Below are positions 47,749 to 58,514 of a stretch of DNA of 64,000 bases, piece by piece. The notes beneath the pieces are model-generated. The model saw only the letters and a program-made list of their open reading frames with translations, was not told the origin of the DNA and did not search any database. Origin of the DNA: a virus; the IMG/VR virus record IMGVR_UViG_3300043811_000074, positions 8,721-72,720 of that record. One strand, given 5' to 3'. The position numbers were made by a program, and so were the translations under genes. Within the stretch, counting starts at the first letter, position 1. The number at the start of each line of letters is the position of its first letter.

Positions 47749-50700
47749 TTAAAATTCGCTGTCTGGTTGCGTGAATGTTGCCCGTCTCGCCTTGCCGAGT
47801 TTCACGAGCCGATCCCAGCATTCTTGTTTCAGGATGCCATGCACAAGCCGTAAATCTTGCGCCACGGCTTCAATCTCGTCATTCGTTTTGGCCTTGTCCA
47901 GTTCGGCAGTTTTCTTTTTCTCGTAAGGTTCTGGCTCAAGTTTGGCGTCAATCATCTGTGACAGGTCATAGCCGCACTTGGCGCGTTCGGCAGGAACCCC
48001 TTTCCACTTGGCGAAATTCCTGGCTTTGAGCGAAGGTGGTTCGTGCGTCCATTGTCCTTCTTCAATTCGGTTGACGCGGGCCACTTCCTCAAACGGAGTT
48101 CGTTTCTTCAAGAGCGAGATGATTCTGCCAGCCTGTCCCTTGCTCAATATCTTGGTAATGTTCATGCCAAGGAACCTGATGAATTTCTCTTGCGCCTCTG
48201 TTGCTTCTTTTGGCCCGGCATTGCTGCCAGTGCCAACATCGTGCGCCGTGTAGGTTGCTTCAGCATTCGCCTTGGCGCGGCGCTCGGCTTCTTTCTTGGC
48301 TTCACGTTCTGCCTGTTCCCGCTCCGCTTGCACCTTGGCCCGCGCGTCAGCATCCTCGCGCTGGGCCTGTCCAATGGCGTCCTCAACGCTCATTTCTTCT
48401 TCGGTGGCTTCATCGGCAAGAATCTCCGAAGCTCGGTCAACGATCTTATCCGGCAGTCCTTCCGCATAAATCATGACTGTTGAAGCGCAATCTGCTAGGC
48501 CGGTAATGCCCACGAGGTCAACGATCAGGGCATTGGGTTTTGAGGACGCGGCAATCGCGGCCAAGCGTTCCTCTCGTGTTGCCAGTCCGTTCAGCAGGCC
48601 GCGTAAAGGACGGCATGAGCGGCCCTTCATTTGTTCGGCAAGTGACGATGCCTTTTTGCTGACTGGCCGAAAGACGGCCACGCACGCGATAGAGGGATCG
48701 TTGTAACCTTCGCGGCAAAGACCGCAGACAGACAGAAATTGAAACTTGCCCGATTGATGGTCAAGATAGACCTGTTTGCGTTCATGCTCTGGCGAAGCGC
48801 CGTCGAGTTCGCGGGCCTGATCGCCACTTTTGGTAATATCTGTTGGCTCCAACATCCGGCCACAAGCGCAGGCCGCGCCGTCGCCGATCAAAAGGCGCGG
48901 TTGCCACTTCACCAGACCGCAGGTGCATTTTGTTTCGACGCGGGCATTGATGAAGCGGGCGACGTTCTTGGCCATTTCCACGCCGGGCGAAAAGATCAGC
49001 GTGCGCCGGTTCTCAACCATATCCAGGAGAGGCAACACCAGAGTTGCCAGCATTTTTTCTTCGCCGAGTTTTCTTTCGAGATCGGCTTCGTCGAAGTCTT
49101 CTCCTAGCTTGGCGAGCGATTTGAAATCCACTCCCTCTACGTCGATGTATTTCTGGACGTAGGGTACAGCCCAGCCGTCTTTGACTCCGCAAGGCTTGCT
49201 CGGCGAGTAGAGCGGGTAATCGACCGCGATGCCGGGAAACATCTTGTCTCCCACGGACACTTGATCCCCCCGCTTCGGGGTCGCGGTCATGCCGGTGCGC
49301 CGGCTCTTGGGATTCTGTTCAAACCAATCGACGATATGCCCCACACTTGTTAGGTGATAAGCGTGCCGGTGCGCCTCATCGAATACGATCAGCCAGTTCA
49401 GCCGATTGTCGAATTTGTGCAGTCGGCTCCATGCGGCTCCATGCGCCTCTGGCTCGCGACACAGACGCGCAATTTCATCGCGCACGGCGTCCGCTTCGCC
49501 GCCGCGCTCCAGGTGTCTCAGGAATCTCTTGCAGGACCGCTCTGGGCAAGCGCCAAGGTCCATGACTCCATAACCGCCAAGCGATTCGATTTGTTCGGGT
49601 GTCGGTGGTTTGGCGCGGAGAAGTGACGCGCGGCTGACGACGGAGATTTTCGGAATGTCATCGGCGTCAATCGTGGCGGCGTCCATTTCGATGCCGGGTC
49701 GGATGCCGAGAACTTCTTCGATTTCTTGCGCGAATTGCCAGACAAGTTGCGTCTCGTAACTCACGACCATGCAGCGATAATCCTCGCCGCGCCGGAGCCA
49801 GGTGTTCATCTTCATGCAGGCGCAAATAGTGTTGTGTGTTACCGTGAAGTCGCCAAGCAAAAATCGCCCGTCACCGGACAACGTAAAGCCGAAGTATTCG
49901 CCTTCCCCGATTGGTTCAACGGCGAAACCAAACGACAGATGGTCTTTCTTCTGTTTTCGTGGGGCCGCTCTTTTTCTGGCAATGCGTGTTGGGATGACTG
50001 AGCAATCGCCGCTGATTGATACTCGCCAGTAGGTTCCGGTCGTGCCGTTGTTTGTGCAGGTCTTTTGGCATTCAGCAACATAGGCGGCCAGTCCAAGCGA
50101 ACGGGCCACGAACGCAACGTCCTCAGAGAGTCCCTTGATTTTGGAAATGTAATCGAATCCGCCGTGATGTTCGCATCCGTCCGTGTCCAGTAAACCGGCA
50201 AGAATTTGCAGGCGTGTTTCACGGCTTCCGGTCTTGTAGACGTGCGGAATCCGTTTGCCATCCTTGATCAAAAGTTTAATCCAAGATAGGAGCGGATTCT
50301 CGTTGCCGTGATAACTGCCTTTCCGCAGCCGCCAAGTCGTTGCCTTTCCGCTTTTCATGCCTTCAACCTTGACCAAATCAAGGCAGAATTCGCTGGCTAC
50401 GGTCGCAAGGGCATCGACTATTTCTTGATCGGCGGTTGTCACTTCAGGTTTTTTGAAAGTCCCGTCACCAAGCCAAACGCCAAGAAAGTAAGGATTGAGC
50501 AAAGGCACTTCGTGGTCGTGAAATTCGACCGCGACACGAAAGCCCTTCATGATGTGCTTGAAAGAGGAAGATTCCGCAAGGTACTTATCAAGCGAAATGT
50601 CAATCACCTGTCCCGGCTTCATCCCGCGAATCGTGTTGATCTTCTTGGAAAAATTGGTGGCCTTCAGGGTCAGAACATGAACGTCGTTCACGACGAAAGG

Positions 50701-51009
50701 TTCTCCGCGATTTGGCGTGATCCGAAACAGTTGTCCGACTCCCTGATTAGTTCGGAGAACGCGGCGCGGCTTTGAATCTGGACCCATCAGTAAATCGCCG
50801 ACAGCAATTTCCTCGACTGGCTTGATTGTCCCACTGAAGAGCATAACCATCGTGCCGCGTCCAAGACACTTTCCACCGCCTGTAAAAATCCGCGTCAGCG
50901 TGCCGAGTTCCCCGCCGTCCCATAGACGGAATGATTCGTCATGATCGGTCAGTTGGTAATCGCGGGCCACGATACCGGCGCGCGTCCCTGGCTCAAAAAG
51001 AGTTTCCAT
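47749..51009 (-). CDS. SF2 (DEAH) helicase containing an intein
   Basis: RDYQ Q-motif, TGGGK[intein]T, DEAH, GMTATP, CREGYNDP, QMKGRSCR; AGGAG SD before ATG 51009. Confidence 0.9.
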   Translation of the reverse strand: METLFEPGTRAGIVARDYQLTDHDESFRLWDGGELGTLTRIFTGGGKCLGRGTMVMLFSGTIKPVEEIAVGDLLMGPDSKPRRVLRTNQGVGQLFRITPNRGEPFVVNDVHVLTLKATNFSKKINTIRGMKPGQVIDISLDKYLAESSSFKHIMKGFRVAVEFHDHEVPLLNPYFLGVWLGDGTFKKPEVTTADQEIVDALATVASEFCLDLVKVEGMKSGKATTWRLRKGSYHGNENPLLSWIKLLIKDGKRIPHVYKTGSRETRLQILAGLLDTDGCEHHGGFDYISKIKGLSEDVAFVARSLGLAAYVAECQKTCTNNGTTGTYWRVSISGDCSVIPTRIARKRAAPRKQKKDHLSFGFAVEPIGEGEYFGFTLSGDGRFLLGDFTVTHNTICACMKMNTWLRRGEDYRCMVVSYETQLVWQFAQEIEEVLGIRPGIEMDAATIDADDIPKISVVSRASLLRAKPPTPEQIESLGGYGVMDLGACPERSCKRFLRHLERGGEADAVRDEIARLCREPEAHGAAWSRLHKFDNRLNWLIVFDEAHRHAYHLTSVGHIVDWFEQNPKSRRTGMTATPKRGDQVSVGDKMFPGIAVDYPLYSPSKPCGVKDGWAVPYVQKYIDVEGVDFKSLAKLGEDFDEADLERKLGEEKMLATLVLPLLDMVENRRTLIFSPGVEMAKNVARFINARVETKCTCGLVKWQPRLLIGDGAACACGRMLEPTDITKSGDQARELDGASPEHERKQVYLDHQSGKFQFLSVCGLCREGYNDPSIACVAVFRPVSKKASSLAEQMKGRSCRPLRGLLNGLATREERLAAIAASSKPNALIVDLVGITGLADCASTVMIYAEGLPDKIVDRASEILADEATEEEMSVEDAIGQAQREDADARAKVQAEREQAEREAKKEAERRAKANAEATYTAHDVGTGSNAGPKEATEAQEKFIRFLGMNITKILSKGQAGRIISLLKKRTPFEEVARVNRIEEGQWTHEPPSLKARNFAKWKGVPAERAKCGYDLSQMIDAKLEPEPYEKKKTAELDKAKTNDEIEAVAQDLRLVHGILKQECWDRLVKLGKARRATFTQPDSEF
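49831..50868 (-). mobile_element. intein with LAGLIDADG endonuclease (346 aa)
   Basis: Begins CLGRGT, ends VTHN followed by Thr; internal LGVWLGDG and LAGLLDTDG. Confidence 0.92.
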
Positions 51010-51017
51010 GTTCTCTC

Positions 51018-52076
51018 CTAGCCGACAAGCATATCGTATTGCCACTTGGGAACGCGCCCAACCTTCTGACAATCGCGGCAACCTTTGCCGTCACATTTGG
51101 GACAAGCGGAGTGGCATTTTGCGGTGCGCACGGTTGAGCAACCGTCCTTGAATTTTTGGATGGCGCTTTCGCGGCGGTTGTTGTAGTCGAGCCATTCGTC
51201 TTTGGGCAGGTTGTCGTCAACGAATTTCATCAGACCACGGCAGAAGGATTCGAGTTGCGAGTTGCGCTGTTTGATCGCTTCGTCGATGGTGGCCGGTTCG
51301 GTGTCCTCTTCCTCTTTTAGTAGGTCTTCGTCGATTTGCTCGGAAAGTGTTTTCTTTTTCTTGCCGTTCGCGGACGGCTCTTTCGGCTTCTTGTTCAGCG
51401 CCTTGCAGTCGGGGCAAGCCTCCCGCATGACGCGCCCGAGTTCTTTTTGATGCTGGCAGAATGAGCAGAATTTCGGCAGCGCTTTGGTCGCGGTTGTGGC
51501 CTGCCCATTCCGCACGGCATCGACAGCGTGATTCTGAATCTCTGGCGGTTCGTGCGCGACGGTCGCGGCGTCTGAGAGTGACACCGTGCCGTCAATCACG
51601 GCGGCTTGGAGTTCGGGAGTCCCTTCATCTGTGACGGTTTTTGCTCTTGCTACAGAGCGCCCGCTGACATTGAGCATTTCAGCAGCTTTGGCGCGGGAGG
51701 GTGTGCCATCTGGCACATGCTGATTTGCTCCCTTCGGCAGCGTGGCCAGCGTTGCCGCGAACATGGCCCGTTGGCTTTCGTTGAGATGCTGCCGCAGTAC
51801 CTTTTTCATGACGTACTGCATGGGGTCTTTGCCGATAAACTCGGCGAATGTTGGCACGACTTCAGCCATCAGCGCGGCTTTATGTTTGTGGCGTCCGTCC
51901 AGAATTTTCCCGCCGTAGGTGATGATCGGCTCGCCTTCATCGTACCCGTTTTCGCGCATGTGAGCAGCGAGCGCTTCAAGGTCGATGCCGATGCCGAATT
52001 CAACGAGAGCAGAAAGAGGATGATGCTTGAGGGTTCGCCAGCTGGCGGGAGTGTCGATTGGTTGCGTGGTCTTCAT
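51018..52076 (-). CDS. ParB/Srx-like N-terminal domain plus HTH protein
   Basis: HPLS...PIITYGGKILDGRHK...RQHLNESQRAM...AAEMLNVSGRSV. Confidence 0.75.
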   Translation of the reverse strand: MKTTQPIDTPASWRTLKHHPLSALVEFGIGIDLEALAAHMRENGYDEGEPIITYGGKILDGRHKHKAALMAEVVPTFAEFIGKDPMQYVMKKVLRQHLNESQRAMFAATLATLPKGANQHVPDGTPSRAKAAEMLNVSGRSVARAKTVTDEGTPELQAAVIDGTVSLSDAATVAHEPPEIQNHAVDAVRNGQATTATKALPKFCSFCQHQKELGRVMREACPDCKALNKKPKEPSANGKKKKTLSEQIDEDLLKEEEDTEPATIDEAIKQRNSQLESFCRGLMKFVDDNLPKDEWLDYNNRRESAIQKFKDGCSTVRTAKCHSACPKCDGKGCRDCQKVGRVPKWQYDMLVG

Positions 52077-52390
52077 GCGTCCGCCCCTTCCTCTCCGAAG
52101 AGGTCTTCGCGCACGTCGAATTGAATTTGATCTTTCTTGCTGCGCCGACCCCGGATCGGTTCGATATGCCGCGCCGGAGTTTTGCGCGTCGTGACGGGAG
52201 TAATGAGTACGTCGTCGGGGTCTTGGGGATGGGGAATGATGGTCAGCTTGAGACAGGCTTCGCGTTTGTCGGGCAGGCTTGGACGTTGGCGACAGTCAAC
52301 AATGGCCGCCTCGATTTGCTGGCGGAAATCCTCTTGGAGTCCAGCCGATAACAGGTGCATGGTTTCGAGAGTTAGGGTTGCTGCTTTCAT
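52073..52390 (-). CDS. conserved phage hypothetical protein
   Basis: AIVDC..RP....REACLKLTI.P; AAGGA SD. Confidence 0.6.
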   Translation of the reverse strand: MKAATLTLETMHLLSAGLQEDFRQQIEAAIVDCRQRPSLPDKREACLKLTIIPHPQDPDDVLITPVTTRKTPARHIEPIRGRRSKKDQIQFDVREDLFGEEGADA

Positions 52391-52416
52391 GCGCCATCCT
52401 TCGCGGAATAAAAGTG

Positions 52417-52556
52417 CCAACCCGCCCCGGCCTTGGTCTCGTGCCCGCAAAGGAAGACGCGCGGGTACGGGTTGGTGGCTCAAAAATGTTTTGTCTTGTG
52501 TGATTGCGGGCACACACACCAGAGAAGAGATTAATCAATCCGCGAATCCTTGTCAA
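52417..52556 (-). promoter_or_regulatory. promoter plus attenuator-like structured leader
   Basis: TTGACA-17-TAATCT; interleaved complementary pairs 52417-24/52468-75 and 52441-50/52504-13. Confidence 0.6.
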
Positions 52557-53722
52557 GCCGAAACTGGAAGATTTTTTCCGGCATGGTAGGAATGCAGCGC
52601 AACCACAACATCCTTGACAAGCTCTTCGTCCAGGTCCGTGGGGGCCGTCCCTTGGAGGATTCCCACCAGAACATCGGGAGGAGTCCCGCATTTCACGCAG
52701 GCGACCACGACCGGCCAGAGCCGTTGAGTGCAGTCGGAAAACTTTTCCAGACCCAGCACTTTGCGGAGTTTGTTGCCCGCGTCTTTTTTGCCAGCTGGGA
52801 ATTGCAGCTTGAGCCAGGTCGTTTGCAGGGCCGTCAGTTTGTCGTTGGGTTCCCCGGTGGGAATCGGCGGCTCCATGGGTTCGGGTTCCGCTTTGGGTTG
52901 TTCCTTCGCTTTGGCAGGGGCTTTTGCTGCTGGCTTCGCTTCGGCTTTTGGTGCGGCCTTGTGGTCGCTCATCGCATCAGCATCCATGTTCGGTTTGGCA
53001 TCGCCTTGGACTTGATCCTCGTCTTGCGTGAACAGGTCGCTTGTGGCCGTGGTCGTGCGAACGGCCTTGACGTAGGCGCGTTTGTCCGCCATTGCAATCA
53101 CGGTTTGAAGCAAGTCGAATTGGTCAGGGTTTTCGATTGTGCCGACGCGCTGCTCTTCAATCAGCGGCTCGCCGTCGCGGAACTTGGCATTGCAGCCGCC
53201 TTTTTTCGGCCAGCACAACCAGCCGCCGCCGTATTCTTCCTTGCCCTTGATGACCGTCCCGGCTTTCTTGCAGGCGGGGCAAGTGCGCTCTTCGGAGCGA
53301 TAGCGGTACTTGCGCTCCCATGTCGTGCAGGCTCCGCGCCCGGTTCCGACAACAGGACCATCGGTGTCCATGTAATGCAGGCGGCATTCGACGACGATGG
53401 AGATAACCGGGGTCGTCACGCCGTCGCCGAAGATCGGCTCGCCATGATAGGTCGGCACAAGCCGCAGAGGTTGACAAAGGACTTCCGCGCCGGGCTGATG
53501 CAGAAACGGCTTGGCCACGCCGGGAACTTTGCCGAAATGCACCCCGTCTTCCATGACAGCGGTTTGAATGGCGCGTACGCGGTCGCGGGCAGTTTTGATG
53601 TCGATTAGATGCTGGGTAAATTCCCCTTGCGGCATCATCGCCAAGGCTTTCCAGCCCTGCGAAGATTCACGCACAGTCAGTTGCCCGGCAATTTCGGTGA
53701 GTTGTTGGCTTGAGCTTGTCAT
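52553..53722 (-). CDS. putative single-strand annealing/recombination protein (Rad52/ERF-like) with Zn finger
   Basis: HFGKVPG..KPFL.QPGAE.L...TVIAMADKRAYVKAV......SDLFTQD; start 53722 is ATGA-coupled. Confidence 0.55.
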   Translation of the reverse strand: MTSSSQQLTEIAGQLTVRESSQGWKALAMMPQGEFTQHLIDIKTARDRVRAIQTAVMEDGVHFGKVPGVAKPFLHQPGAEVLCQPLRLVPTYHGEPIFGDGVTTPVISIVVECRLHYMDTDGPVVGTGRGACTTWERKYRYRSEERTCPACKKAGTVIKGKEEYGGGWLCWPKKGGCNAKFRDGEPLIEEQRVGTIENPDQFDLLQTVIAMADKRAYVKAVRTTTATSDLFTQDEDQVQGDAKPNMDADAMSDHKAAPKAEAKPAAKAPAKAKEQPKAEPEPMEPPIPTGEPNDKLTALQTTWLKLQFPAGKKDAGNKLRKVLGLEKFSDCTQRLWPVVVACVKCGTPPDVLVGILQGTAPTDLDEELVKDVVVALHSYHAGKNLPVSA

Positions 53723-54210
53723 GGTTGTGCCTTTCGTTTGGGTCGCGGTCCTTTTTTGTGATTGAGTTGGATTCCGTCTTCTTCTGCCCAGCGCTTCACC
53801 CATTTCCAAACTGCCGCGATAGTGAAGCCAGTGGCATCGACGATTTCGGGGTAAGTCGTGCCTGCCTTTACCATGCCCATGATCTTTTCGCGGTGTTCCG
53901 GTAATCGCGCTTTCATGCGAAGATCCTTTTTGCCGTGACATTTCAGGCAGAGTGTTTGTAGATTCTCCATCGTGTTGTGCTTGCGGTTTCTATCTTTGTG
54001 ATCCAAGGTGATCGGCCTGCCCCACTTCTGCCGATGTTCAGCGTCCGTCATGCCGCAATGAAGGCATTTGTAGCCGTCGCGTTCAAGAACCCGTTTGCGT
54101 AGACCGCCGTAGTTCGATGCCGTGCTGAACCCGTTTTGCTCTTGGAACTCGCGGCGTTTACGGCGATGCCATTCCAGCTTATAAGCCTTGTGCTTTTCAG
54201 TTACAGGCAT
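53719..54210 (-). CDS. HNH endonuclease with C-terminal HTH
   Basis: VLERDGYKCLHCG...LDHKD....NTMENLQTLCLKCH. Confidence 0.85.
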   Translation of the reverse strand: MPVTEKHKAYKLEWHRRKRREFQEQNGFSTASNYGGLRKRVLERDGYKCLHCGMTDAEHRQKWGRPITLDHKDRNRKHNTMENLQTLCLKCHGKKDLRMKARLPEHREKIMGMVKAGTTYPEIVDATGFTIAAVWKWVKRWAEEDGIQLNHKKGPRPKRKAQP

Positions 54211-54224
54211 AGCACCCTCAAAAG

Positions 54225-54350
54225 TCACCAGCCCCCCGGCTGAAATCTCGGCCTGCAAGAGACGAGGCGCGGGGCAGCTGGTGATTCGCGTTGTGAGCGT
54301 GGCTTGCAGGCCGTGGGATAGAGATTAATCTTTCCCGCCCTGGGCGTCAA
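54225..54350 (-). promoter_or_regulatory. promoter plus attenuator-like structured leader
   Basis: TTGACG-17-TAATCT; pairs 54225-32/54277-84 and 54249-59/54303-13. Confidence 0.6.
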
Positions 54351-55520
54351 GGTCGGTAGGTGGGGAATCCGGCAGTTCCACTGTCATCATGGCAACCTGC
54401 ACGGCGCAGAGTTCGTCATAGATGGCCGGGTCTTCTGATTCCAGATAGGCTTCGATCAGTTGGGCTTCACGTTCTTCGAGCGTCATTTCACAATCTCCCC
54501 GTTATCGTCCAGCAGCAGCGTTGCGGGCCGCACAATCGGCCCGGTGACATGCCGCCGGAGCGTGGTTTCGATGATGCCTCTGTCGTCTCCGTCCGTTTTC
54601 CACCAGACGATAAATGTTATCTGACCTTTTTCCTTGACGCTGGGCACGTTATGCAGCGGCAAGAGGTCTACCTGATGCGGCGGGCCGCCAGCCCGGACGC
54701 GAACGAAAGCCAGGTCCGCGAGCCGGTGAAAGCCCCGGCGCGCTGCGCGGATGGTTGCGCCGAAAGTTGGTGTCATGGTCCCTCCAGGTAGCCGAGACAT
54801 TCCCGTAGTGCGCCGATGAGCATTTGCTTGGCCTCTGCTTCCGTGACCGCTTCGCCGCTGTGAGCGATGGTCCGGTCGTTAGCGTGGATTTTCTCTAGCA
54901 TCGCCAGCGCCGTCCTGCAAGGCGCTGGCCGTAGGGTGCCGCGGATCAATTCTGCGGGCGGAGTCGATTACTCGCTCCGCACAGTCCTTCAGTTCGTCGC
55001 GGGTCATGGGGTTTGCCTTTCGATTTCAGCGATCAGGTTTTCAGCGATCAGGAGTTCGGCTCGCTGTTCTCCTGTGTATCCCGACGCAGGGCCGTAGCGT
55101 TCTACCAGCGACTTCAGGCATGAAAGCAAGCGCTTTGACGCTGCCATAAGGCGAGCGTTGTTGGCTTCCGTTTCAAGCGTGTCGCCGGGCGCGCCGTTGG
55201 CTATCGTGGCGAGATACCAGACACAGGACAGGTTGCCCGACGATCCCTTCCCACCAAGTTTGCCGCGCGCGCCGATGCGCCAGCGTTTTCCTTTGGTCGC
55301 GGGCGGCATGGCTTCCCAATCTCCGGGAGTAAAATTCATCTTGCCATCCTTTCTGCTGCGGTCTTGGCATCGCGCAGCCGTTGATAGCATCGTTCCAGTT
55401 CAAATTTTGTCGCTGTACGGTGTGGTAAAATCCACAATTCCCAGCAGCGCCGTTCGCGATTGATGCGAAATTGACCGCTCTCATCCTGATAGCCGACACC
55501 CGTTTCGTGCCACTTGAGTT

Positions 55521-55829
55521 TCATAGCGTTACCTCCTCACAAATACCCGGCCCGAAGATCAGCATTCGATCCGTAGGAACCTGTACCGTGCCGATGTAAC
55601 GGCGAACCGGAACCATCGACACGAGCGGGACGATGCCTCGCGCCGGTGCTGGCCTGGGCATCGGCTGAATCAGGCGATTGCGGGCCAGGGCGCGCAAATG
55701 GCCACGCACGCCGTTGGGTGAGCGGAAGCCCATAGCCGTCATGACCTCGCGGATCGTTGGCGAATAGCCATGCTCGCTGCGATAGGCCAGGATGAAGAAA
55801 AGGACGCGGGCTTGCTGGGTGGTAATCAT
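55521..55829 (-). CDS. LexA-like DNA-binding domain protein (no peptidase domain)
   Basis: TTQQARVL.FI......GYSPTIREV...GFRSPNGVRGHL.AL. Confidence 0.8.
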   Translation of the reverse strand: MITTQQARVLFFILAYRSEHGYSPTIREVMTAMGFRSPNGVRGHLRALARNRLIQPMPRPAPARGIVPLVSMVPVRRYIGTVQVPTDRMLIFGPGICEEVTL

Positions 55830-56149
55830 GCGGGCCTCACGTTATAGGTTGCGGCTTGCCGGTGTTCTCTTCCCACAGTGGGCAATTGCTGCCCCGGTCG
55901 TGGTGAATATTTCCTTTCTTCCATTCATGGTAGCCGTAAGCTTCGGTCACGCAGATTGGCAGTGCGATGACCGGCAACGGCACAAGGCAGCGTCCGCTAT
56001 ACTGGCGCTGAATGCGCCCGGTTGGCGTCAAATTCCAACGGCTATGGAGGCAAGTTGCGCACGATTTCATGGTACATTCTCGCTTCGAGAAAACCGGGCA
56101 GGCCCAACCTGCCTGGCGCGGTCCCGAACGTCGGGGCCGCTGCGATGGG

Positions 56150-56422
56150 TCATTTCCGCAGAGGCGCGATTGCTTTTTCGGCAGCGCCGGGGCCGTTGTC
56201 CCGGTCATACAGCCATTCCTCGAATTCGTCTTTGCTGAGATTGACTTTCATCACCCGGCCTTGGAGGTAATCAAAATCAGCGCCTTTGGCGAGCAAGCCA
56301 TTCCCCTGCTCTGCGCTCATCGGTGTTGGGTCGAAGTAAACAAAGCCCATACCCTGCGGTTTGCTGGCGTTGTAAAGAGCAGCCAGGACCGCGCCTTTGT
56401 CCAGACCTTTGATCGAAACCAT
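56150..56422 (-). CDS. conserved viral hypothetical protein
   Basis: IKGLDK..VLAALYN.SKPQGMGF...FDYLQGRVMKV.L....LYDRDNG.GAA. Confidence 0.7.
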   Translation of the reverse strand: MVSIKGLDKGAVLAALYNASKPQGMGFVYFDPTPMSAEQGNGLLAKGADFDYLQGRVMKVNLSKDEFEEWLYDRDNGPGAAEKAIAPLRK

Positions 56423-58281
56423 TGTTATTTCCCTCACTCAAAATGGGTCCACAGACTCAACACGATCATAGAGACCGTGCCGAAGAAGTTGCCGACGATG
56501 CTCAGGCGCTGCCACTCGTCGCGGAGTTGGAGCAGCACGTCACGAATCCACATGAGTTCCATTTGGCTGATTCCTTCCAGAGATTAGGCGTTACGGTTTC
56601 AGGTTTCCTTGTTGATCCGCGCCCAGATAGGCTTCAATGGCCAGGATCATCATTGAGCGTGGCTTGTGTCCTTGGAGCGAAGCAACGAACCGATAGCGGT
56701 CCAGCATTTGTTGTTTGGTCATTCCTGCCGCAAGTCCGGCGTCAATGGCATCGCGTATGCCTTGCGGCAGATTGCCGATCAAGGCGGCATCGCAGGCCGC
56801 GCAAAGATCGTTGTGGTCCATCGTTACACTCCTTCCAGTTTGTTCGCTTCAGCCCATTGGATCAGCGCCCGCATGGCCTCGACCGGGGCTGTCTCCCACT
56901 TCTCGTCACGGTTGCAGTCGAATAACCAGCCAAGCGTGCGGGCCAGTTTGACGGCTTCGGGCAGGGCGTCGTAAGCTGCTTTTTGTTCGGCATCCAGCCT
57001 GGCAAGTCGCTGTTGTTCGCGAGCAGCGAGTTCCTGTTTCGCAGCGGCGATTTGCTCCGCCGTCGCGGGCCGAGCGAATTCAGTCGTGCCGCCGATCCGT
57101 TTACCAGTGAGGATGGAGAACAGAGGATTGCCGTGACCCGTTCTGACCGTTTTTTTCATGATCTCGGAAACTTTTGCTGTTCGGACGAGTCGGCCGTTGT
57201 GGTCGTGTATCGTCACCATGTCGCCTTCTTTCAGGTCAGCCAGCATCATCGGTCATTCTCCCTTGTGTCCAGGTTCCCCGGCACGCGCCGGTGTCAGCGT
57301 CAATCGAACAATTCGCCATTGTCGATGTACCAGATGTTCACGGTTTCCCAATGGTAAAACCAGCGCCCGGTTTCGTCGTCTTGAAAGTCTTCCTCAAAGT
57401 GGCATTCTTCAAGGCGGGGTTGGCCGAAGAAATCCAATTTCTGGCGCTCGACTTCGCGGAGCCGGGCGATTGCTTTTTCTTTGTACTTGAAGGGTTCGCG
57501 GACGTATTCCGCGTTATCCAGGTCGGCATCGCCGTTTTCGACCGGGCACGATTTGCACCATTCGACTACCCAGCGGATTGATCCTGTTGCTGTCATTGGT
57601 CATTTCCTCTCGTGTGGTCAGGTTTAGAAAGTCGCAACTAGAACGGCGGTTCGGCATCATCGACGGCGGACAGCCCGGCGAGCATCCGATCCGTCCGGGC
57701 CGCGTGCTGTTCGGCTTCGCGCTGCTCGCGGGCCTCGGCGGTCGCGGCAGCGTAATCTGCCTCAACTTGGGCGGCTTGCTGTTCGCACCAGTCGATATAG
57801 TGCTGGTCGGATAGGTCCGGGCCGCAGTCCTCGCGGTCGTCCGATTGCTCTTGCTGCATCCATGCCTTGTCGGTGAGCGGAATTTCGTGTAACATGATTT
57901 TGCCTTTCAGAAGATCGGGGTAGTACGGGAACCACGGCCAGCGTGTCACGAGCGCTGGCCGTTGGTGTTTATTCGGCGAGCGGTGGTTAGCCGACGTATC
58001 CAGTCCTGATTAGGGCATTCTCAATAGCAGTCCTTGCTCCTGGGTATTTCGCCGACCAAGCAGCGGATATTCTGCGCCTTTTGGCTCGGAGGTTATCCGA
58101 CTTTTCCTGGGTGCAGATCGTTGGCATGTCGAATTTCAGGAGCGCCACATCAAGCCGACAGAGCAGCACTCGCAAGTGATCTACTTCGGCTGGCGTGAAT
58201 TGTGCGGCCAATGCTTGATAGTTCATCGTCTCATCTCCTCTTGTTGGCGTGTCGTTGCGTCTTACACCTTCTTATAAGACT

Positions 58282-58311
58282 ATTGTAAGACGGTGTGACA
58301 CGAAAAGCAAG
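58282..58311 (-). promoter_or_regulatory. leftward promoter, copy 1 of a 30-bp inverted repeat
   Basis: TTGCTT-17-TACAAT on the minus strand; 29/30 identical to the reverse complement of 58597..58626. Confidence 0.8.
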
Positions 58312-58313
58312 GA

Positions 58314-58514
58314 TTATTTTCGTGTTTTTTTCGTCATGGCCGCAAGTCCTTCCGTTATCAGCCGTTCGATTGCTTCGGTGCGGGTGATAAATTTGACGTG
58401 GCATTGTTTCTCATGCGCCAGGACGTGCTTGGCGCTTACCACGTCTGCCATGCGCTCCGGGATCAGGCGCACGGTAATGGTGCGGGTTTCGCCGTTGCCG
58501 GTTTTGCTTTTCAT
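58314..58514 (-). CDS. small regulator, ribbon-helix-helix-like
   Basis: TRTITVRL...TRTEAIERLITEGL; lies between the two repeat promoters. Confidence 0.6.
   Translation of the reverse strand: MKSKTGNGETRTITVRLIPERMADVVSAKHVLAHEKQCHVKFITRTEAIERLITEGLAAMTKKTRK

Larger units (their letters stand above)
54325..58226 (-). other. array of short early genes
   Basis: Many 50-140 aa minus-strand ORFs with strong SDs, downstream of the leftward promoter at 58.3 kb. Confidence 0.6.

Noticed and set aside
52553-54258. Longer starts in the ORF track (53941, 54258; likewise 51081, 45482)
   Set aside because: They overlap neighbouring genes or leaders; downstream starts have SDs or stop-start coupling
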